Shown here piece after piece: positions 29,196-37,468 of a DNA stretch of 64,000 nt (position 1 is its first letter; each line of letters opens with the position of its first letter). The DNA lies in contig CAYZEI010000001.1 of assembly GCA_964477745.1 (NCBI GenBank), forward strand, positions 393 to 64,392, given 5' to 3'. Source of the stretch: an uncultured Candidatus Saccharibacteria bacterium. Its GTDB lineage: Bacteria; Patescibacteriota; Doudnabacteria; UBA920. Made by a program: the position numbers and the translations under genes. Below the pieces are notes generated by a model, which saw nothing but the letters and a program-made list of their open reading frames with translations, did not search any database and had not been told where the DNA came from.

Positions 29196-30443
29196 TTACT
29201 GGGCTTTGCAGCCCTTGGGGGGCCGTGCCCCCTCATTCAGCATTCCGAGCGACATGAGTCGCTTGAATGCTGAACACTTGTTGCTCTTGCTGTCGGTGAT
29301 GGCGGCTGCGCCAACCACCGCCAGCGTCTCGTGATCCGAGTTCTGGTTATCCCGAAGGGTAACCATCCGCTCCTCCGCGGTTGTAAGACGACTGCCCAAC
29401 TCTACCTGTCGGCTCGCCAACAAATTCTGGCGACCTTCAACCGCAACGAGCCGGTCGACGACCTGCTGGCCGAGGCCAGAAGGAGCAGGAGCCGAGTTGT
29501 TGGGTGTTGCCGACATCATTGTCGGCGGATTGATGACCGGAGCCGGTGGGGCCGGAGGAGTGCTGGGCATTGCTGCCTTCACACCCTCCATCACCGCACG
29601 CTTGATATCATCCGCCGTGAGTTGCGAAACCACAGGCCGAGGGGCCGGTGGGGCAACGTGGCGACGAACAGGAGAAGGCGCGGGTGCAGAAACGGCCGGC
29701 TTGGGAGCCGGAGTAACTGCCGGAGCAGGCGTCGGATTGACGATCTGACTCAACCAGCCCTGGATACCGTTCACCTTTCCCCAAACCCAAACCTCGTTAG
29801 CGGTCTGTGCGGTTGCCGTCTGACCCAATGCTCCGAAGAGCAAGAGGGCAAACAGTATCATGGGCAGAACGTTTCCACAATTCGCGCAAAACCGATCGAA
29901 TTGAGTCGGCTTCGGCACATTGCAATTGGGACACGGTGTCCCAGCAGGCGCAAGATGCGCCGGCGTTGGATTCCTCAAACTCGCTGCCAGATCAATGTTG
30001 ATTGGAGGTGGCGGATTGAGTTGAACCGTAACCGGAACAGTCATCTGATTTCCCGTTGCCGGATGATGACCGTTGGTACGGTTCCTTCGAACCAGCGCCA
30101 AAATCACACCGCCGACAATGAGCAAGGCCAAGAGAGCCAAGAACCACTGGCCGTATCCCCAATCCGTTGAGGGAATGGGGCTGACAGTGGCGTCCTTGTG
30201 GCTGTACTTGTTCATGACCGCCACAACCTTTTCGCCCTTTGCCATGGCCTGTTGGATCTCCTGATCCAGAGGTGTGGCAGGAGCAGTTGGGGTCGTGGTC
30301 GGAGCAAGCCCTTCAGGCTTCGGGCAGAACGTCTGCCCGCCTTCGATTTTGAAACATCCAGCGGGAACGGTCTGGGCGTTGACAGTGGTCACCAGCGCGC
30401 AGCTGGCGACGAGAACGGTGAGAGCGAACAATGTGTTACGCAT
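29196..30443 (-). CDS. Pro-rich membrane protein with cytoplasmic Cys4 zinc ribbon (416 aa from ATG 30443; the track ORF extends to 30569)
   Basis: The ATG at 30443 has AAGGAG 10 nt upstream and starts a signal peptide MRNTLFALTVLVASCALVTTVNA. TM WFLALLALLIVGGVILALV. Zinc ribbon CPNC...CANC. Second hydrophobic segment, then Pro/Ala-rich ectodomain. Confidence 0.55.
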   Translation of the reverse strand: MRNTLFALTVLVASCALVTTVNAQTVPAGCFKIEGGQTFCPKPEGLAPTTTPTAPATPLDQEIQQAMAKGEKVVAVMNKYSHKDATVSPIPSTDWGYGQWFLALLALLIVGGVILALVRRNRTNGHHPATGNQMTVPVTVQLNPPPPINIDLAASLRNPTPAHLAPAGTPCPNCNVPKPTQFDRFCANCGNVLPMILFALLLFGALGQTATAQTANEVWVWGKVNGIQGWLSQIVNPTPAPAVTPAPKPAVSAPAPSPVRRHVAPPAPRPVVSQLTADDIKRAVMEGVKAAMPSTPPAPPAPVINPPTMMSATPNNSAPAPSGLGQQVVDRLVAVEGRQNLLASRQVELGSRLTTAEERMVTLRDNQNSDHETLAVVGAAAITDSKSNKCSAFKRLMSLGMLNEGARPPKGCKAQ

Positions 30444-30974
30444 GGAAATGGACTCCTTAGATTTCCGGCGCTCGCCGGTTTTTTTGCAAGAATAGCGAGC
30501 GCCTCTTGCAGACAGTAGAGAATTAACTTCCCTATTCTCCGCAAAAGGCGTAACCATTCCTTGCAACAATCCAATTTCTCCATTCTATTCCCTATTCGCT
30601 AATCGCTATTTACTAAACTAAAAGTAACGCTTTATAACTTAAACCTCCGTTTAAGTTTTTATTAAAGAACTTGCCTATTTAATGTAGAGACAATCTCCCA
30701 TTAAGTAGACCTTATATTATACTCTTTTTTCAGTATTTTGTCAAGTCCTAATCTAAATACTAATTAACTAATAAAATGCCTTATTTAAGCCAAAAAAATC
30801 AAAAAGAGGTATCGGCGAGCAAATATGCTCAAGCGCGACACCTCTGACGAATAAATCTTGCGTTTTGTTGGGTTCGCTACCCAAGCGTAATCAGTCAATT
30901 TGGACACAACTGACTACTACTTCCTCCTACTAAATTCTTTCTTCAAAAATGCTGAATCTGGATCGTCCAAAATT

Positions 30975-32024
30975 CTACATCCCCGAAGATTCCCTCCGCT
31001 CGGCCCTTTCGGCAATCTGCTTGATATCCTCCGAAAGAGGACGAGGAACTATCGACAGCTTTCGAGGAGACTGAACCGGCCCAATTGGTTCATGAGCCTC
31101 TGGAACCGCTTTCACGATCTGCGGAGGCTTTTCCGTACTGATGCGACGCCGGCGAATCGTCTTCCGTAGGCTTTTCATTTGCCTATCGACCCATACGGGA
31201 TTAGACTGAAGGGCCAAATAGGTTAACAAAAATACCGCCAGAAATACCATAAGGGTAATAAAGCGGAGGAAGTAAGGCTTCGTCTCCGCGCGCCTTTGGG
31301 ATTCCTGCTTCGCTGGTTCTTCTTCGGTTGTCTGAGAGGGCGCCGGAGCAGGAGCAGAAGCCACCTGAGGGGCCTCGTCAACCACTTTCCCAACTAGCAT
31401 TGTTATGCCACTGGGGTCTTGATTGACTTGATCCTTTGTAGCAACCGCCAACTTCTTTTCAGTTGCCGGCGGAATTTCCAGTGGCGCTTGCTTGGCAACA
31501 ACTTTCGCTGGTACCGGAACTGTCGGAATCACCTTCACAGGCGTTGGCGCCGTAGTGGCAACCTTGGCCACTACGGGTGTTGGGGTTGCTTTTGGCGCCG
31601 GTGTTGGAGTCGTTTTTGCAACGACCTTAGCCGGAGAAGTCTTCGGCGTTGGCGCCGGAGCGACGACGACTGCCACCACTTTTTTCGTGGTTGCTGTCGA
31701 GCTCAATATTTCAACCTCACCGAACTTTGCGTTTTCAGCCGCCAAGTATTCTGCCAGGCTAACCTGGTTAATCTTGGTGCCCTTGATCAACCAAAGCTGG
31801 TCGCCCGGGTGGAAGGAGCGAACTTCGTCCTTCCCGACCTTCTCGCCAGTTGCGGTGCCTTTGCGCAACTCAGTGTAGAGTCGCGCATTGTAGCCGACCG
31901 ATTCAACTGCTTCCATTAGTCCCTGGCCAGGAGCCAGGGTAATTTGTACGTCACGGTCTGGAATGGCCTGCGCCATTGCCATAACCGTGAAAAGCAGAGC
32001 TAAAACAAACCTTGTGGGGTTCAT
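30975..32024 (-). CDS. Bitopic envelope protein: signal peptide, LysM-like N-domain (tentative), Pro/Thr/Ala/Val-rich linker, TM helix, basic cytoplasmic tail
   Basis: MNPTRFVLALLFTVMAMAQA signal. TPTPAPKATPTPVVAKVATTAPTPVKVIPTVPVPAKV linker. TM YFLRFITLMVFLAVFLLTYLAL. The LysM call is a weak pattern match only. Confidence 0.6.
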   Translation of the reverse strand: MNPTRFVLALLFTVMAMAQAIPDRDVQITLAPGQGLMEAVESVGYNARLYTELRKGTATGEKVGKDEVRSFHPGDQLWLIKGTKINQVSLAEYLAAENAKFGEVEILSSTATTKKVVAVVVAPAPTPKTSPAKVVAKTTPTPAPKATPTPVVAKVATTAPTPVKVIPTVPVPAKVVAKQAPLEIPPATEKKLAVATKDQVNQDPSGITMLVGKVVDEAPQVASAPAPAPSQTTEEEPAKQESQRRAETKPYFLRFITLMVFLAVFLLTYLALQSNPVWVDRQMKSLRKTIRRRRISTEKPPQIVKAVPEAHEPIGPVQSPRKLSIVPRPLSEDIKQIAERAERRESSGM

Positions 32025-32178
32025 ATTGCCCTCCCTTTCTCTTTTTTAACTTCAAACTTCCAAGACCCTGTGGTCTTGTATTTATTTACGTCCAACTGAC
32101 GCGAATAAATACAAGACCGCTATGAGTTTAAGAATCATTATACTAAAAAAACACCTGTTAGTCAATGCTAAATAGGCA

Positions 32179-32208
32179 ACAAAAAAACCTCTATTTTTAG
32201 AGGTTTCT
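32179..32208 (-). terminator. Rho-independent terminator after ftsA (AACCTCTA-TTTTT-TAGAGGTT + T-run on minus strand)
   Basis: Perfect 8-bp stem. An A7 run on the plus strand gives a U-tract on the minus transcript. Confidence 0.65.
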
Positions 32209-32230
32209 TAGCTTTAAAAACAAAATATTC

Positions 32231-33481
32231 CTACGGCAAAAAGGATTTAAACCATTTTCTTAATTTGGCCACGCCTTCGTTACTCATAATATTTTTTACC
32301 ATTCCGCCCAGTTCAGCCGCGGAATTTTTGGCGGAAAATTTCCCGCCCCACAAAACCAAACCAACCGCTGTGGCAAATGAGGGATCATCTACCCGGTCTA
32401 TAACTGTACTGACGTTTTGCGGTTTGCCTAAAACAGTAGGCAGGCGCAAATTCTTTTTGGCAAATTCCACCATTCCGGGCATTTTACTACCTCCACCGGT
32501 TAAGACTATTCCGGCCGGCAATTTACCGTCGCGCTGGATTTTTTTTAGCTCCGAAACCACCATTCGGAAAATTTCTTCCAAACGGGCTTCAATAATTTCT
32601 ACTACATACTGTCTGGATGTGGCCTGGTCTTCGCTTTTATCTAACTTGGATAAATCTATTTCTTCTTCTTTGGAAATTTCTCCCGGGTTACAATGCCCGT
32701 AAAGTACTTTTACTTTCTCCGCGGTTTCAATTCCACAACGCAAACCAATCGCTACGTCATTGGTAATATGCATACTACCCAAAGGTAAAACCGAAGTGTG
32801 GAGTAGATCCCCTTCTTCATAAACGGCAATGCTAGTGGTGCCGGCGCCTAAGTCTACCAAACACACGCCCAAATCTTTCTGGCGTTTGCTTAACACACTT
32901 TCGGCCGCTGCACATGGAGCCAAAACCAAATCTTCTATTTCCAAACCCGCCTGCATAACCGCACGGGTTAAATTTTTAATAAACGGCAAGCCCGCTTGGA
33001 CAATAATTGTATCTACCTCTAAACGAATCCCGCTCATACCGGCCGGATCCTTAATTCCGGTCTGTCCGTCCAACGTAAAAGTTTTGGGGAAAACATGCAA
33101 GACTTCTTTATTTTGCGGAATGGAAATGGCTTGACTGGCATCTATGCAACGGATAATATCATTTTCCGTAATTTCGCCGTCTGCTCGGGAAACGGCAATA
33201 ACGCCATGGGAAGAAACCGAGGAAATATGATTTCCACCCACCGAAACATTAGCCGCCGAGACCGGCACGCCGGTCATGCGTTCAACTTTTTCCAAAGCGG
33301 AAGAAATGGAAGAAACTGCTTCTTCAATATCTACAATAACCCCACGTCGAAGACCCGTAGAAGGCACTTCGCTGGCGCCAATAATATTAAAAGACCCGGT
33401 TTGCGAGTCCAACTTTGCCTGCACCGCGCGAACATTGGCTGTTCCAACATCTACGCCAACAATGTATTGTTCTTTAGCCAT
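32231..33481 (-). CDS. ftsA: Cell division protein FtsA
   Basis: Actin-fold ATPase motifs (VGVDVGT..., DLGAGTTSIAV, GGGS). Length and pattern match FtsA. Confidence 0.9.
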   Translation of the reverse strand: MAKEQYIVGVDVGTANVRAVQAKLDSQTGSFNIIGASEVPSTGLRRGVIVDIEEAVSSISSALEKVERMTGVPVSAANVSVGGNHISSVSSHGVIAVSRADGEITENDIIRCIDASQAISIPQNKEVLHVFPKTFTLDGQTGIKDPAGMSGIRLEVDTIIVQAGLPFIKNLTRAVMQAGLEIEDLVLAPCAAAESVLSKRQKDLGVCLVDLGAGTTSIAVYEEGDLLHTSVLPLGSMHITNDVAIGLRCGIETAEKVKVLYGHCNPGEISKEEEIDLSKLDKSEDQATSRQYVVEIIEARLEEIFRMVVSELKKIQRDGKLPAGIVLTGGGSKMPGMVEFAKKNLRLPTVLGKPQNVSTVIDRVDDPSFATAVGLVLWGGKFSAKNSAAELGGMVKNIMSNEGVAKLRKWFKSFLP

Positions 33482-33566
33482 TTTTTACGAAGTACGAATT
33501 CTTACGAACGTACGAACTTAGGGACAGAACTTTTCGTAAGTTCGTACCCTTTTCGTACTTCGTAAA
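33482..33566. repeat. Family-1 nested-hairpin element, complete copy, filling the yqeY-ftsA gap
   Basis: TTTTTACGAAGTACGAA TTC TTACGAACGTACGAA ... TTTTCGTAAGTTCGTAC CC TTTTCGTACTTCGTAAA. The arm mismatch pattern differs from copy 4241..4341. Confidence 0.8.
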
Positions 33567-34007
33567 TTACTTTAGTTTTTCTTTCAAAATTTTTGCCAAG
33601 GTACTGCCGTCGGCCGAATCTTTTAAAGTAGCCTTAAGTTTTCCCATAGCTGCGCCAAAATCTTTGGCGGTAAAATTGTTTTCTGTAATGGTTTTTTCAA
33701 TAATCGCTACCAGTTCCGCTTCCGGCATCCCGGCTGGCAAGTACTTTTCTAAAATTACGGCCTCGGCCAATTCTTTTTCTGCTAACTCGGTGCGACTGCC
33801 GGAACTAAAACTTTGAGCTGCTTCTTTGCGTCTTTTTACTTCACTGCGAATTAGCGCCAAAATATCGCTTTCCGATAAATCCTTCATTTTGGAGATCTTT
33901 TCGTTCTGGATTCTGGTTTTTAGCCCGCGCAAAACCTCTACTGCCAATTGCTCTTTAGCCTTCATGGCCACGGTTAAATCTTTTTCAATTTGAGAGAGTT
34001 CCAACAT
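33567..34007 (-). CDS. yqeY: GatB/YqeY-domain protein
   Basis: Pattern matches YqeY (AMKAKEQLAVEVLRGLKTRIQNEKI...GAAMGKLKATL.GKADGS). Adjacent to rpsU, as in Bacillus. Confidence 0.7.
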   Translation of the reverse strand: MLELSQIEKDLTVAMKAKEQLAVEVLRGLKTRIQNEKISKMKDLSESDILALIRSEVKRRKEAAQSFSSGSRTELAEKELAEAVILEKYLPAGMPEAELVAIIEKTITENNFTAKDFGAAMGKLKATLKDSADGSTLAKILKEKLK

Positions 34008-34097
34008 AGTTTGTCAGGTTATAAAGTTTGTAAAGCTCATCAAGCAATTTTACTTTTTACACTTGATGAACTTGATAACATTATAAATTTTAGCTTC
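34008..34097. repeat. Family-2 intergenic inverted-repeat element (TTATAAAGTT ... CTTGATGAACTTGATAAC)
   Basis: Fills the stop-to-start gap exactly. Copies at 34832..34929 and 36235..36332 share GTTATCAAGTTATAAAGTT / AACTTGATAAC arms. Confidence 0.75.
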
Positions 34098-34337
34098 CTA
34101 TCTTCTGCCAAAACGCTTGGGGGCGACAGGTTTGCCCATTTTTTTCAATTCTTCTTTTTGGGCTTTAATTTGACTGCGTCTGCGAGCCGCAACTTTCTGT
34201 AAATTTCTGGACTTCGGAGGTTCAAAAAATCTGGTTCTGCGGGCACGAATAAGAACACCGCTTTGTTGAATTTTGCGGTTAAAACGTCTCAGTAAGCTAT
34301 CAAACGATTCATTATCTTTTTTCTTCACTTCTACCAA
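34098..34337 (-). CDS. rpsU: 30S ribosomal protein S21; start is probably TTG at 34337, with a GGAGAG RBS, rather than the upstream ATG of the track ORF
   Basis: VEVKKKDNESFDSLLRRFNRKIQQSGVLIRARRTRFFEPPKSRNLQ matches S21. AAAGGAGAG-N7-TTG lies upstream. The N-terminal 30 aa of the track ORF are not S21-like. Confidence 0.75.
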   Translation of the reverse strand: MVEVKKKDNESFDSLLRRFNRKIQQSGVLIRARRTRFFEPPKSRNLQKVAARRRSQIKAQKEELKKMGKPVAPKRFGRR

Positions 34338-34495
34338 AGTACTCACTCTCCTTTCAAATTTAGATGGCCTTATTATAACAAAGTCCGACAAATTAAGCAA
34401 CCGGATAAAAAAAGAATTATGAATCAAGAATCACGAATTAAGTCTTTGCGACTTAAATTCCTAAATCTTAAATCATAATTCCTAAATCTTACGGG

Positions 34496-34831
34496 CTATT
34501 CCCCCATTTGCTTACCGCCCATCAGATGCAAATGTAAGTGCGGGATTACTTGGCCACCGTCTCTGCCGACATTGAATATTAACTTATAACCGGTTTCGCC
34601 CACACCATACTTAATTCCCATTTCTTTAGCCACAAAAATCATTTCCCCTACCACCGGCTCATCTTCGGCTTCCACATGGGTAATGCTCAAAATATGTTTT
34701 TTTGGAATAACCAACAAATGCACCGGGGCTTTAGGTAGAATGTCTTTAATTACCACCAACCGCTCGTTTTCAAACAAAATTTGAGCGTCAATGGTTTTAT
34801 TGATGATGTTACAAAATACGCAATCGTCCAT
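34496..34831 (-). CDS. HIT-family (histidine triad) hydrolase
   Basis: C-terminal HLHLHLMGG histidine triad. Confidence 0.8.
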   Translation of the reverse strand: MDDCVFCNIINKTIDAQILFENERLVVIKDILPKAPVHLLVIPKKHILSITHVEAEDEPVVGEMIFVAKEMGIKYGVGETGYKLIFNVGRDGGQVIPHLHLHLMGGKQMGE

Positions 34832-34929
34832 GGGAATAAGTTATAAGGTTTATAAAGTCTATCAAGTTATAAAGTTATTGCCTCCACTTGATGGACTTGA
34901 TAACTTTATAAACTTTTTACTTGCTTGGA
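34832..34929. repeat. Family-2 intergenic inverted-repeat element
   Basis: AAGTTATAAGGTTTATAAAGTCTATCAAGTTATAAAGTT ... CACTTGATGGACTTGATAACTTTATAAAC. Confidence 0.75.
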
Positions 34930-36234
34930 CTAGCGGCCAAGCCGTTTCTTCACTTCTTGTACTATCTTATCATAAGAAATGATTTCTTGCATCCCGGATT
35001 TTACATCCCGCAAAATTACCATCTCATCCATAGCTTCTTTCTGTCCCATAATCAGCGCAATTGGTGCATGGAAAGCCTCGGCGGCTTTTAGCTGGTTCTT
35101 TACTCCCATATTCCCGAAATGGTCGTAAACGGAAATTTTCTCCGTGGTTAAATCCCGGAATAACCGTAAGGAACGTTTGGCCGCCAACTCCCCCAGGGGC
35201 ACTAAAAAGACATCATTTTTCTGTTCTCTGGCAGCGGCTACCTTGTTAGCCTCTAAAATTTTTCGCAAAACCGACAAACTCCCGCTAAAACCAAAGCAAC
35301 AATGACTTTTACCGCACAAATTTTGCATTAACGATTCATGATAGCCACCCTCACCCAACACCACATTCTCCCCTTTTACTTTATATTTAATAACTAAGTT
35401 GGTCTTACTGCTACCGGTCGGTCCGGCATAAAGCGGATTTAACTGATAAGGAATTCCAAGTTCGTCCAAAGCTTCTAGAATATTGGTAAAGTGCTTGCGG
35501 GACTCTTCGGAAAGAAAATCCAACACCGCAGGAGCCTCTGACAACAGCCCTTGGCAATCTAAATTACTGCAACGAAAAACATTTAAAATTCTACCCTGCA
35601 AATGTTCGTTGCAATCATCGCAAAGCTGATATTTTTTACTGGACAAAAAGTCCTGCAGAGTACGGCTATAAGCCTCCTGGCAGTCATCTTGGCCGATATG
35701 ATTAATTTCCAATACACAATCTTCTAAACCTAAACCTTTAAGCAATTCCCAGACCCCACCGATTACTTGAGCCTCTGTTAAATGGTTAAAACTTCCGAAG
35801 ACTTCAAAACCAAATACATAATCGGAAATCGCTTTGCCTTCTAAATCTTGTTTAACAGTATAACCGCTATACTGCCATTTACTGAATGGGGAGGTTTCGT
35901 AAACTTTATGTTGATAATAGGCGCGCAACACCCCCGGTAAAAAATCCCCGCGTAAAATCACTGGTCGGCCGGCGACATCCATTTGGAAAAAAGTTTTTAA
36001 AGCACCGGGATGATTTTTGTAAAAATACTCGTAAAGTCGCAAATCTTCCAAAAGCGGAACCTCTATTCGTTCAAAACCGTAAGTGCGAGACAATTTCGCC
36101 AATCGGCGCAAAAGCAAAGACCACAATCCGTCGGCCTCTGTTGATATATCTTCAAAATCCGGCAACGCCTGAATTTTCTTTGGCACATAGCCGGCAGAAG
36201 CCTGCTCTTTGGAATTTTTTTTTGGACGACCCAT
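34930..36234 (-). CDS. hisS: Histidyl-tRNA synthetase-like class II aaRS (HisS; HisZ-like paralogue not excluded) with a Cys-rich insertion
   Basis: Class II catalytic core pattern (FERIEVPLLEDLRLYE...) and a C-terminal anticodon-binding-like domain (VFLVPLGELAAKRSLRLFRDL). Insertion CDDCNEHLQGRILNVFRCSNLDCQG. Confidence 0.65.
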   Translation of the reverse strand: MGRPKKNSKEQASAGYVPKKIQALPDFEDISTEADGLWSLLLRRLAKLSRTYGFERIEVPLLEDLRLYEYFYKNHPGALKTFFQMDVAGRPVILRGDFLPGVLRAYYQHKVYETSPFSKWQYSGYTVKQDLEGKAISDYVFGFEVFGSFNHLTEAQVIGGVWELLKGLGLEDCVLEINHIGQDDCQEAYSRTLQDFLSSKKYQLCDDCNEHLQGRILNVFRCSNLDCQGLLSEAPAVLDFLSEESRKHFTNILEALDELGIPYQLNPLYAGPTGSSKTNLVIKYKVKGENVVLGEGGYHESLMQNLCGKSHCCFGFSGSLSVLRKILEANKVAAAREQKNDVFLVPLGELAAKRSLRLFRDLTTEKISVYDHFGNMGVKNQLKAAEAFHAPIALIMGQKEAMDEMVILRDVKSGMQEIISYDKIVQEVKKRLGR

Positions 36235-36332
36235 AATATAAATAAGTTATCAAGTTATAAAGTTTTGCAAGTTATAAAGTTTCCGGTTCAACTTGATGAA
36301 CTTGATAACTTTAAAAACTTTCTACTTTTGTA
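36235..36332. repeat. Family-2 intergenic inverted-repeat element
   Basis: AAGTTATCAAGTTATAAAGTTTTGCAAGTTATAAAGTT ... TTCAACTTGATGAACTTGATAACTTTAAAAACTTT. Confidence 0.75.
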
Positions 36333-36935
36333 TTAGTAATTTGGGGCTTGGAAAAACCCGGCGGACGACAGCGGATAAACCCTGGCCCAAAGCTTACCGA
36401 CAATGTCATCGGCAGGCAAGATTCCCCACACTCGGGAATCTGAGCTGGCGGTTCGGTTGTCACCTAAAACAAAATATTCTCCGGTTCCCAAACGAACTTC
36501 TTCCGTGCGTCCAAAGGTTTCGGACTGGTTCGGCAAATAGCTTTCAGTAAGCCTGAACCCTTGAGGGTGCTCAGTGTTTATAATAGTGACAAAACCCTGC
36601 CCGATTTTTACAGTCTCCCCCGGTAAACCGATAATCCTTTTAATAAAAAATTGAGAGGTATCTTTCGGAAATTTTAATACTATTACATCCCCTCTTTGCG
36701 GCAAACCCTTAATATAAGAGAAGCGGTCGATAATTAAATAATCATGGTTTTTAAAATTCGGTTGCATAGATGAGCCGGAGACCACAAACGGCTCGGCAAC
36801 AAACATTCTAAAAGGAACTATTATAATTAGAGCAATTACCAAAATTTTTACCAAATCCCAAACAAAAGAACCTACTGTATTCATAACAGAAGGAGATTTT
36901 TGCTCAACAGGATTGTCATTTTTGTTTTGTTCCAT
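36333..36935 (-). CDS. lepB: Signal peptidase I (S26 family)
   Basis: N-terminal TM, catalytic SGSSMQP, GDNRTASSDSR box. Confidence 0.85.
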   Translation of the reverse strand: MEQNKNDNPVEQKSPSVMNTVGSFVWDLVKILVIALIIIVPFRMFVAEPFVVSGSSMQPNFKNHDYLIIDRFSYIKGLPQRGDVIVLKFPKDTSQFFIKRIIGLPGETVKIGQGFVTIINTEHPQGFRLTESYLPNQSETFGRTEEVRLGTGEYFVLGDNRTASSDSRVWGILPADDIVGKLWARVYPLSSAGFFQAPNY

Positions 36936-37197
36936 AAATTTATAAGGTTAAAGTATTGTGATTATAAAGTAGTGGGTCAAATAGTGCAAGAAAAGCAAAG
37001 CCCTTATACTTTTTGCCCCTCGACTTTGCTCGGGACATTCGACTTCGTTTCTCGTTTCAGAATAAACATTACCTCTCACACTGGTCGAAGACCATGAGCG
37101 GATCCCGATTTATCGGGAGAAGTTTAAATAGTGGACGCGACCCCGATTGCAACATCGGGATGACCTTTCTAAACCCGCCTGCCTGGACTTTGAAAAA

Positions 37198-37274
37198 TGG
37201 TGGACGCGACAGGATTCGAACCTGTGACCTTTCGAATGTGAATCGAACGCTCTAACCAGCTGAGCTACGCATCC
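37198..37274 (-). tRNA. tRNA-Val (anticodon CAC), CCA encoded
   Basis: Reverse complement GGATGCGTAGCTCAGCTGGTTAGAGCGTTCGATTCACATTCGAAAGGTCACAGGTTCGAATCCTGTCGCGTCCACCA folds as a cloverleaf. Anticodon loop UUCACAU. Confidence 0.85.
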
Positions 37275-37468
37275 AAATACCAAATTATTTTAAAACTGTA
37301 TGACCAATTCTTTTTACCCAAAGAATGGCTAATAAAATTCTCTTTTTTTCTAATCTGGTGGAAATATAACATTGTTTCCAGGCCGAATGCAAGTGTCGGG
37401 TCAGGCCTTACCTAATTGCCAGTTTTTCGGTATAATTAGCTAATTGAGATATAGAAAAAAACTGTCCT

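Noticed and set aside
28283-30170. Long plus-strand ORFs 28283..28819 and 29331..30170 (Gly/Arg-rich)
   Set aside because: Antisense of Pro/Ala-rich coding sequence in GC-rich DNA, where stop codons are rare. The minus-strand products have signal peptides and TM helices and are the real genes.
36936-37197. RNase P RNA next to tRNA-Val
   Set aside because: Only a weak P4-like match (AAAGUCCAGGC). The stretch is about 100 nt too short and lacks the other universally conserved regions (AGGGUGAAA, GGUAAGAGCGCACC, ACAGAACCCGGCUUA).
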